A DNA stretch of 64,000 bases from Gracilinanus agilis (lineage: Eukaryota): the NCBI RefSeq assembly GCF_016433145.1, contig NC_058132.1, positions 679,270,683 to 679,334,682 on the forward strand, given 5' to 3'. Positions 1 to 43,800 of the stretch are shown here, one piece after another. Positions within the stretch are counted from its first letter, which is position 1. Each line of letters opens with the position of its first letter. The translations under genes and the position numbers were made by a program. The notes under the pieces are model-generated. The model made no database searches and had not been told where the DNA came from. It saw nothing but the letters and a program-made list of their open reading frames with translations.

Positions 1-3000
1 TTACCACCTTCTGCATAAAGATTTTCATAATTTACCTGCTACTGCTAGTAGTGTCTTTCCTCCCTTCCATATTTTTAAATCTTCTATATAAACTTAGGGA
101 GACACATATTGTTGCTTCTAATAGGTTATATGCTCTTTTAGAGTAGAGACTGTTTGTCTTTGTAACTCCAGAACTGGGAAAGTGTTGGCAATTTTATTTC
201 ATGGTAGACCTGGGATCTCGTTGTTTTGGTGAACTGCTATTGAGGATATCCTCTCTACTCAGAACATCAACTTCTGTTTAATAGCTCATCTTAGCAAGTT
301 GTTTGAGACATTAACCAACTTCCCTTAGTCAGACAGCCAGTGTATACCAGAGACTAGACTTGGATCACGTCTTCTTGACTCTAAGATTGGCCAAGCCACT
401 GTTTCACATGGCCTGTCACTTGGTGCTTAAAAAATGTTGGTTGATTTATTGTTAGCTAGACTTTTTCTAAAGTATTTTTCTATTTCATATAAAACTGGCT
501 TGTATAAAATCTGAGTTTGACCTTTAGTAAGCATTACTTTTCAGTGTATGCCTAAATATTTTTTTCTTACAATTTTAAAGATTTCATTTTAGGGATTCAT
601 TGTCTATTTTGGGTCAGCCTTAGTATGTGGACCTTTGAAACAAATTGACTTTTTTGATGCATTCTAGATAATATTTTGCTCTAGTCATTATTTCTAAAAT
701 TATAGTCACAAGTAAACTTGTCCATATTAGTTTCAGTTGATGTGTCACTTATCAGGATTCCCATATCACTTCAGAGGGTATAAAGAATAATATACAAAGT
801 CTGTTCCTGGAACCTTATCACTAATTTAGTTAGTAAATTTATATAAAAGCCTTCATTTTCACAATATTGATTTTATTGTTGGTCCTGTAAGAATTGGATA
901 TAGACTGTTTAAAAAGCCATAGGTCCTCATTAAACCAAAGTCATATCTTTAATTGATTTTCAGGAAACAGATGAATCACAAGAAAACAAGCTTGTATCCA
1001 GGATTTAAATGGCCTGGCAAGAGTTAATTCACATTCGAGCTAATCCTTTATACCATCTAGATCTAGAGTATGAAGAATTATGCTGACTATTTAGTATGAC
1101 CTGGAGACATTATAAGATCCTAATGATAACTGTTAATTGATATTAGCTTGTGTTCAGAGATTTTTCTTTTGTCACAAAGTGTTTGAACATCATCATCATC
1201 ATAGTTAACATTTATGGAGTACTTAAAGTTTGTTTTGCAAATCTTATGAAAATCTTAAGAAATATTTTCTTCTTGCAGTAAAGCTGGGAGGTAGGTATTA
1301 TCTCCATTTTACAGATGAGGAAACTGATAAAAGGTAAATGGCTTGTCCAGGGTCACACATCCAGTAGGTGTCTAAAGCTAAACTTGAAATTAGGTCTTAT
1401 TGAGTCCAGGTCTACCACTCTTTGCTGTGGCACTAATACCTAATATATTATTGCATTTTATTCTCATAACAATCCTCTCAGGTAGGTAAAGTAGGATTAA
1501 CTACTAAACAGAAGAATTTATATTTTATCTTAGAAACAATGACAGGCTCTGGAGTTTATGGAGTAGAGGAATGTTATGGTTAGTTCTATGCAGAAGGAAA
1601 ATCACTTGAGTAGATGTTTGCAGGATGCACCAGATTAGAGAGAGATTTGAGGAGGCCAGTTAGGAGGCTGTCACCATATGTAGGAGAGAGACAATGAGTG
1701 CTTCAATTAAACTGGCATCTGTATGCAAGAGTTAAGAGTGTCTGGGAAGCCAGATGAATATCCTGTCTTTACATTTCATTTTTAGGTTTGGTAAGACTTT
1801 ACAGAAGTGTCAAGAAGGGGAAGGTACGTCCAGTCTGGGAACCATACAGCATATGAGTGTTAGCACAGGAGCAGAAGTGAGTATTGTTAGTGAGGAGAAG
1901 GTAAAAAAAGTAGCTTTAGGATATAATAGGTGTGATCTGTGAAAGAGTGATAGGAGAGAAATCTAAAGAAATAAAATGAGCCAGGATGAAAAGGGCCTTG
2001 AATGTAAAGCTCGGAAGTGTGAACTTGTCAACATGGACTAGTGAAGAATCTTTGTAGGTTTCCAAGTCAAGGAGGAAGATGATGAAGATGGCTTTGTAAG
2101 AAAGTTGATCTGGTAGCAGTGTCCAGGATTACTTGACAGGAGAGGTCTGGAGCTGGAGAGTCATTCAAGGGCTATGCTAGTAATATAAATGTTAGGAGAT
2201 GAGTTGGACTAGGGTTGGCAGTATTGATGAAGTTAGCAAAAACTGAAAATGTGAGATTGAAGTTGGGTGAGATCAGGGCTGAACATTTGGATTTGGGCAT
2301 CATTTTTTTGTAATGACTTTTTTATAGCACAAAACACCTAAATCTTCTACTAAAGTCTTGTTCTGCTATCTTATAATGGCAGTGCTGGCTTTATCTGGGA
2401 GTCCAGTCATGGACTCATCTTTTTTTCACCATAAGGATCAGTTTAATTCAACTCACAGGGATTCAGCACTAGGTTGACCACATGATGATTAATATTTTAA
2501 TCATAGACCCTCAATTGTGATCTGTGTTAATGGAAGAAGAATCTCCTGAGGAAGTGACAGATACTTCAGGTTTGATGGTTCCATAAAATTAGAGTAGAAA
2601 TGACCTCAGGATTGTAACATGCTGATTGTGAGCAAGTATTGATGTTCTCATTTTCAAAAATGAGGAAATAGGCTCAATAAGCAATTGACTTGTTTGAGGC
2701 CACACAGCTGACAAGATATTTTGCCTTAGCTTTTCTATTCCTAAGAAGTAAGTAATATATATCTATAAGTAAGTATATTAAGCCCTATATAAATATCAGT
2801 TATTATTAGCTATTATTGGAAAACTAAATTGGTTATCAGCTACCATATTAGTTTATAATTAGGATTTATTTAAAAAAATATAACTGGGAGCTTTCATTTA
2901 TGGATTTATGTATGAAGTTTCCAAAAACAACATTTTTCCAAATTGGTCCATATGATAAGATTTAATTTAAAATACTTACATTTTCATTAATTTTCACATA

Positions 3001-3337
3001 TATAACTCTATATGGAATACTTTCACTCTGGATACATTTTACTCTTTTTGTCAAATGTCTTTGCAAGACTGCCATTTTTTCTCATGATTTGACAGAATAG
3101 GATCCAGGAGAGCTCAATTCTTTGTTTGATTTCCAGTGCTAAATTAAATCCATTTTTTTTTTTAGCTTATAGTTCCACAATCCTGTAATTAATCATATAA
3201 TGCTTTGTATTTAATTCATTTTTATTTAAATATATATAATTTTCTTTTAAACACAGGATGCATTTCAACTTTTACTTTAATATTAAAATGTTAATGTTTG
3301 CTGAATACCTACTAATGATCTTTCTTCATCCTTGCAG

Positions 3338-22535
<19,198 letters not shown>

Positions 22536-22914
22536 AACCAGTTCTGAAAAAACTGTGGCCTTCCCTATGATCCCTTATGTTTCATAGCTTTAGTATACTC
22601 AGGAACAAAAATGAACGTCTTTTGTAGAATGTTTATACATTTTTACATACTTCAATTTCCAGTGAACAAATTTTAAAGCCTTTAACTGGCCATATAACTT
22701 AAAATGAGTTTTTGCCTTCCTTGTAAAGCAATAACTCCTATAAGCATTTTATAATTTTGTATAAATATCTATTTTCTCTAAATATTTTCCTTTCAGTAAA
22801 CTGCTTTCAACCCTCTGATTAGTATACTGATTTTCAAATGATTGGTAGAATTGATTTTTACTGACTAGTAAAACTTACTGCCTATACCTTTACCTCATAC
22901 TTGCAAAACTAAAT

Positions 22915-22920
22915 AATAAA
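22915..22920 (+). terminator. Probable ACTL6A polyadenylation signal AATAAA
   Basis: AATAAA 380 nt after the stop codon, at the end of an AU-rich, repeat-free 3' UTR. Confidence 0.7.
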
Positions 22921-23556
22921 GATTTCTATTAAGAAAGAACTTTTTGGTGTTATATTAAAGTCAACTAAATTGTGATGACTTGCTTCTTTAGACCAACAAA
23001 ATTCCTTTAATTAATCCTACAATCCTGTATTTCTGGCTAGGTTGTATTGATCTTACATTGCTAGCATGATAAAATTTAAAAAGTACTTTGAAATTAGGCA
23101 ACTAGGTGGCACACTGAATAGAGAGCTGGGCTGTAAGTCAAGAACTCATCTTCCCAAGTTCAGATCTGGTCCAGACACTTGATGTTTCAAGACCCTGGGC
23201 AAGTCACTTCACTTGTTTGCTTCATTTTCCACCTCTGTAAAATGAGCTGGAGAAGGAAATGGCAAACCATTCTAGGATCTTTTCTAAGAAAACTCCAAAT
23301 GAAGTCACAAAGAGTCAGACACAACTGAAAAACAACTAAGCAACAATGGAGAAATCAGAATAAATTTAAGATTTAGTTAAGAACACTGAAAGGCAGAATT
23401 ATGAATATTCAAACCTCATAAGATCGAGATAATTTTTTTAATTAACCACTTACTTGGAGTTAACAGCCAGTCTTAAATTAAGTGAAAAAGTTTAATTTTA
23501 AAGGGTGAAATAGAACTAGGAAAAGTAAAGGAGTTCACTGTATCCGTGGTTAGATT

Positions 23557-37389
<13,833 letters not shown>

Positions 37390-37703
37390 AATCACTGAAA
37401 TCCCCTCATGCTGAGCTTCCACCTACAGTATTGGCGTCACTTCCGGCTCTCCAGTCCCGCCCCCTCCGAAGCCCCGCCGGCTGGAATTGTTGAGCCCTCT
37501 CGACAGCTACAGCTTTTTATTGGTCCGAGACTTTCACGGTGCCCGTATCCCGGCTGAGGCCGTTTGCCCGGCCTTGCCATGGCCGCCACCAGCCGGAGCC
37601 TCTCATTGGTCTGACGCGTCAACTCGCCCTCTCATTGGTCGGAAAAGCTGTCTCAACCTCAGTAACAGCGCTTGGACTCAGGTCCTGGAAGCCGGGAGTA
37701 TCC
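37390..37703. promoter_or_regulatory. Bidirectional promoter MRPL47/NDUFB5
   Basis: 314 bp between divergent ATGs. Contains four ATTGG/CCAAT boxes (37430, 37519, 37605, 37634), an ETS-CRE composite cgtcacttccgg (37435-37446), a GC box cccgccccc (from 37456) and the palindrome tgacgcgtca (37612-37621). No TATA box seen. Confidence 0.88.
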
Positions 37704-37845
37704 ATGGCCGCGATGAGCCTCTTGCTGCGGGCTTCGGCCTCGGCGGTGACGCGAGCCAGTTTGGCTCTGACCCGCCGAGGGCTCGGGCCGCAACTGCGCC
37801 TCGGCGGCTTGCTGACCCGGGGCGTCCCGGGCGTGGGCACCGTGG
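37704..37845 (+). CDS. NDUFB5: NDUFB5 exon 1 (transit peptide)
   Basis: tccATGG; [47 protein letters not shown]; donor G|gtaggt. Confidence 0.93.
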
Positions 37846-40800
37846 GTAGGTGCTGGGCGGCGCGCGGAGGGTGCGAAGGCCCCACGGTGACCTTGGCGGA
37901 ACCCGTGTAGTCGGGGAGGGAGGGTAGGAGGGAAGGGGGGAAGAGAGCGGGCCAAAGGGGTTCGAGGAGGTCTCTTACAGGAGCACCCTGGGTCCTAACT
38001 AATTACTGGAGATAGCTAGTTTTTGATAGCGCTCTAAGCTTTGCAAAGCGTTTTATAAATATCTCATCACATCTCTGAGTTGACCTTATCCCCGTTTTAT
38101 GGGTGAGGAAACTGAGGCAGGCAACAAGTAAGTGATTTGTCCGGGGTCACACAGCTGGAGAAGCAGGATTTGAACTCGGGCACCCACAGCGCCATCTAGA
38201 TGCCTCTAAGGCCTCGGTTTCCCCGGTTATAAAATGAGTTGTAAAACGGATTTGATAGCCTTGAAAATCCTTCTCGTTTACAAATCTATGCCCTCCCCCC
38301 CCCACACACACACACATAAGCTCTAAGGCCCCTTTCAACCCAAATGCCATGAACTTACAGTATCTATCCACACCCCCCACCATTCTCTGAATTCTCCTAA
38401 AACGTGATGCCCAGAATTGGGCAAAAGCCTCCAGGGCTATCCGGCCTCCTATGGGAGAATCAACCCTTAGGCATTGTCTGAACATCTTTGTTTGGAAGCC
38501 TGACCAAGCTGTCCGTTGTGGGGTGCTGGCTGTCACAGCTTTCCTTAATTAGAGGGGGCAGAGGTGACAACCAGCCCCTAGTCTGCAGGGGATCCTTAGC
38601 ATAGGTAGGACTCAGGGTCTCCCAGGAAAATATAAACTCTTTGCGATCAGGGACGGTTTTTCTGTTTTGTTTTTATTTGCCCAAAACCTCACACATGTTG
38701 CATATTTTATAAATACAAATGGTACTTACACAGAAGAAAGAATAACAGATTGTTTTAAAAACATATGTTTTTTTAAAATAATGTATTTAATATATAAATA
38801 TAATATATTTGTGTATATGTTTATATATTTTAAAAAACATGTGGCATAGCACTGGCTATAAAATCAGATTTGAACCTCAGCTCAAATCCAGACCTTAGGT
38901 CTTAGGCAAGTCATTACCTCTATATTACATCTATAAAATGAGGGAGTTGGATTTGATAACTTTAGAGATCCCTTCCTCCCCCAAAACTTTTTAACAGGCT
39001 ACATTGAATCCCAGGAGTTAATTATAATAGCTAGCAGTTAGTATTTGTTTAACATGTAAAATGCTTTGCAAACTTTAAAGCTCTATGTGAATGCTAGCTA
39101 TTGTTAGTTTTAAAGTTTTTAAAGTGCTATGTATTATCTCATTTGATTGAGCCTCACTACAGCCCAATGTGAAGTAGGTGCTATTGTTATTCTCATTTTT
39201 ACAGGTGAAACTGGGGCAGAGAAATGAGTGATTTGCCCAAGGTACACACACCTAGTATTTGTCTGGAACCAAGAATTGAACTCAGATCTTCCTGGCCCCA
39301 TGTCCAAATAGGCTGTCTGCTGTACCAATCCAGATGCCACCTGTTAGTGTTAGAGGAAGAAGGGACCTCATAGGGCATTGAGCCTATATGGATCTCATTT
39401 CAAAAGTGAGGAGACTTAAGTTGATTTACTATCAATTTATGTGGTAAGATAGTGGCAGAGCTGGAGCAAGTTTTCTTTGTATTCACTCTTTTGCTAATTT
39501 CTTTAAGGTATCAGGGCATAGAACCCATGTCTCTCTCTTTTTAAAAATTTTTAAAAAATTAATTAATTTAGAATGTTTTTCCATGGTTATATGATTCATG
39601 TTCTTTCCCTCCCTTCCTCTCTCCCTCCTCCCATAGCCAATGAGCAATTCAACTGGAGAACCCAAGTCTCTTGAAATGTAATGCTGTGAAATGGGAAGAG
39701 ACTTGGATTTTAAGTCATTTCAATTTAATGAGCATTTAATCATAGATCATAGAATTGCAATGGACTTTAAAAGTCAAATCTATTCTCTTCATTTTACATA
39801 TTGGGAAACTAAAGCCCAGAGAGTTTAAGGGACCTGCCCAAGGTCACACAGGTAGTCAGTATTGGACTCTGAAATTAAGCCCAGATCCTCCAATTCCATT
39901 TCCAGTTTTTAATGCATGCTACCTCTTGTCTCAGTTTACTAGATTTTTTTTCTTGAGTTCATCTAATCTATCCCTTACTCAGTATGGAATTGATAAAGAG
40001 TCATTGAGTGTATTTAAGGATTGGTTTTTTAAAACCCTTACTTTCTGTTTTAGAATCAATACTGTGTATTGGTTCCAAGGCAGAAGAGTGATAAGGGCTA
40101 GGTAGTGAGGGGTAAGTGATTTGCCCAGAGTCACACAGTGTTATGATTAAAAATGATAATGGTCGAAATCAAAAGGGAGAATAGTATTTTAATAAAAACC
40201 ATGCTGATAGAGATAAACTGACCACACGCCTGTAAGAAACCTATTCCAACCTCACCTCAGCCATTTACCTTCCTCTCTCCTCGAGCTCAGGTAACTAAAG
40301 AGGAAGTTCCAAGTCACTACCCCCTACTTAAAACAGTCCCTCACCTTTAATACGTCATCCAAAACAGGAAACCCATGAAACCCATTGGACCATGGGAAAT
40401 GTAGTTTTAAGGACCCCCACAGGTCCACAGAAGTTTGTCAAACACTATATTGAGGTTCAATCCTTCCAAATAGAACCCCAGGTGATTTTAACTAACACAA
40501 CAGCTAGGAAGTGTTTGAGGCCAGATTCTAATTTCCTGTCTCTAGATTTGGCTCTCCATCCACTGAGGCACCTAGTCGCCTCCTTAAAGACTATTTTAAG
40601 AGTGGTGAGCTGAGAACTGAGTAGTTAAGGCCAGTAGTATGTTGAACAGAGTTTTGTTTTGTTTTTTAATTTTTTTTAAACTCTTAACTTCTGTGTATTG
40701 GCTCCTAGGTGGAAGAGTGGTAAGGGTGGGCAATGGGGGTCAAGTGACTTGCCCAGGGTCACACATCTGGGAAGTGTCTGAGGCCAGATTTGAACCTAGA

Positions 40801-43800
40801 ACCTCCCGTCTCTAGGTCTGACTCTCAATCCTCTGAGCTACCCAGCTGCCCCCTTGAGCAGAGTTTTGATCAAGATAAGGCAAGTTAGGCTGCACAAATA
40901 TATGTGTGTATTTATATGTAAATCTCATACACTGTTGGGATCTACTTAGATGTACTAGCAAGCCCTGAGTTATCCAGTCATGGGGATGGAGGTTTGCCTA
41001 AACAAGAAGTTTATAACAAGAGTCAGTATCAGATGGTTTTGGGTGCTCTTCAGTCTGTCCTACCTGCTTTGCCCTGTCCTTTAGTTTCTTTGGAATTTCA
41101 TGGTTTATGACTGCCTGCATGCCTACCCACCCATGTTTTTATCCTCCTGCCTTTATGAGACACTTGACTGTCATTCTTTTGCTTTTAGACTTTGCACAAA
41201 TGGTTTATACTTTCTGTCTCGCTCTGGCCTCAGGTACCTGTGTACTCACTTTGGCTCATGGCAACTGCTGCCACTTTGTTTACAGATGACCTTATTGTCA
41301 TAGAGAACTGTCCATAGCCTTAGTGCCTAGACCAGTGGTGGGCAACCTTTTGAGCTTGATGTGTCAAAAGTCACCAAAAAACTGAGCATAACTCGAGTGG
41401 TGTGTCACTTCGAGAAAAAAGCCATAATTTTGTGGTATTTATAGTTTAAATAACAAAAATGTATAATTGTAATATATAACTGTATTTAATAAACCAAAAT
41501 AGGTAAATTAATATAGATAGAATTGTCATCTATAGCGCACAGAGTGTCTACACTACACTGCAGCAAATGTTTCATCCTCGGCAGGCGGCCCCAAATTTCT
41601 CTGTATATGGCTGCATATCATCAAAAATGGCTACATGTGTCCGTGCTGACATGTGTGTCATAGGTTTGCCATCACTGGTCTAGACACACGAATACATGTT
41701 CTGACACAAAAAAATGCTATCAGAGAGAATGGTGTGTGACCAGAAAAGAGGATTTGTGGACTGGTCATATAGTAAGAACTTGAGAGAGAAAACCAGGGGA
41801 CAGCCCTTGGCCCAGTGATGCTCATGCACTAGGAGGAAATCTAGAGAAAAGCCTCCACCAGGCTGGGTGAACATTTAGGTGAGATGAAGCAGAGGAGCCC
41901 AGGATGAAGAGAGGGAGAGGAACTGTGCTCCGAGCCATGGAAGGGAATCTCACATTCAGATGCCACAGATCCCCAAAGTGCTTCTCACAAGTCCCTGCTT
42001 GACCCCTTTCTGCCCCCCTGAGAATCCCCGACTGCTAATGCTGACCCAGCGAGTGGTTGTAGTAGCATCATATTTGTGGTTTGGGAAGGACGTCCAGATC
42101 ACTAACATCAGTAGAACTTGGCAGTAGGTAGATCCAGTGAAAAGAGGCTTTGGTTCCTGTTTTCTTGGAGCAAAGGGAGGAGAATGGTTCTGAGGTGGGG
42201 GTGGGGGTTAAGAAGCAAGAATCCAAGAGACTTGTCAAAGCAGGGCAGAGGCTAGTCAGTCCTGCTAATGGGCTGGCTACCACAGGGCCAACCCCAAAGT
42301 GGAACATTTGGGTCTATTCCCTCCACTGCCTTCCACATGAAAAAAGGAGAAAATATCCCTTTAAGACCAGTTCAAGGCCCAAAGTGGCCACAGGGTGCAG
42401 TAATATGTTCATGTTCTACTAAGGCAGTGATGGACAAACTTTTTAGAGAGCGGACCAAAGAAAAGGAAATGCTCATCTGTCAATCTGTTTCTAAGGCAAC
42501 TCTATTGAAGTTTCATTGTTTGTACCCTACTCATTGTATTCGTCAGATTAGGAATAATGTCGTGTGGCTGGATGGAACATTTCAGGGTGTCCCATTTGGC
42601 CTGCAGGCCATAGTTTGTCCATCACTGTACTAAGGGATTAGTTGATTAGCCTAACTCCTCTAGCCCAGGGATATAGTGTGGACTTCCAAGACCGGACTTG
42701 ATTTTGGCCTTTCTGACTCCTGTTTCCAGCAGACCGTCTTTGTACTCTGACACATTTAATTACCGCTAATTGCTTGCTTTCTTGTTTCCAGCCCCAGTCC
42801 GACATAGTGGAGGCCATGGAAAGAGAATGTTTGTCATTAAACCTTCTGAATTTTATGACAAGAGATTTTTGAAGTTGTTGGTAAGTTTATTTCAGCTACT
42901 TTGGTTTTTTTCACATGATTATTTGAATTTAATGCCTAGTTTAAATATGCTTTGTTTCTCTTAGAATGTGGGGTGTTTTTTATATTTTCTTGCCCTAGAC
43001 AATCTAGAAGCCCTGTACGGAGACCCTGATGATTCAGTAATTGTTAACATATGCTTTTAAGATGTCTCCTTTGGAACCTTCAATATGAAATAATATAAAA
43101 TGAAATTTTATATTCATACCTAACAGAATAACTCATTGAATGATTACTTATTCAGTTCCCCTGATGCATCTATGGCAGGATGTTATTAACAGATATTTTA
43201 TTCATTTTTCAAGAATACATATGTTATGAGAAATGAAATCGTATTAATAATGTTGATAACAAAAAGCAGAACAGGCATTCTATTTGAGCATGTCCAGTGC
43301 AAAGAGTGCTGAATTGGAAGTAAAAGACCTGGATTTGAACCACTCCACTGACTGTCAGTATAACCTTGAGCAAATTGCTTTGATAGTTTCAATTTTCTCA
43401 TTTGTAGAATGAGGGTAATGAAGTACCACTTACTATAGTATTATTGTCAGGAAACTTGTAAGCTGTAGAGCATTATATAATTGTGAACTCTTTGCTAATC
43501 AAAATGAAAGATCACATTTATTTTTTTTTAACCCTTACCTTCCATCTTAGAATCAATACCGTGTATTGCTTCTAAGGCAGAAGAGTGATAAGGGCTAGGC
43601 AATGGGGGTCAAGTGACTTGCTCAGGGTCACCCAACTAGGAAGTATCTGAGGCCAGATCTGGACCCAGGACCTCCTGTCTTTGGACCTGACTCTCAATCC
43701 ACTGAGCCACTCAGCTATCCCCAAAGATCACATTTAAATATCATTTCAGCTTACATATGATCTTTTGTTTTTCAGGATTGTGGGATTGTAAAATAAAGTA

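Noticed and set aside
2482-2549. C/D-box snoRNA-like spacing (ATGATGA ... CTGA) in ACTL6A intron 1
   Set aside because: No terminal stem, no clear internal C'/D' boxes and no recognisable rRNA antisense element.
1-3337. ACTL6A exon 1 or promoter
   Set aside because: No MSGGVYGG coding sequence or CpG island; this is intron 1 with L2/MIR remnants.
37437-37955. Several overlapping 60-123 aa ORFs in the CpG island
   Set aside because: GC-rich DNA lacks stops; only NDUFB5 exon 1 is supported by splice phase and homology.
38765-38840. AT-rich inverted repeat (atgtttttttaaaata / tattttaaaaaacat)
   Set aside because: Low-complexity sequence, expected by chance.
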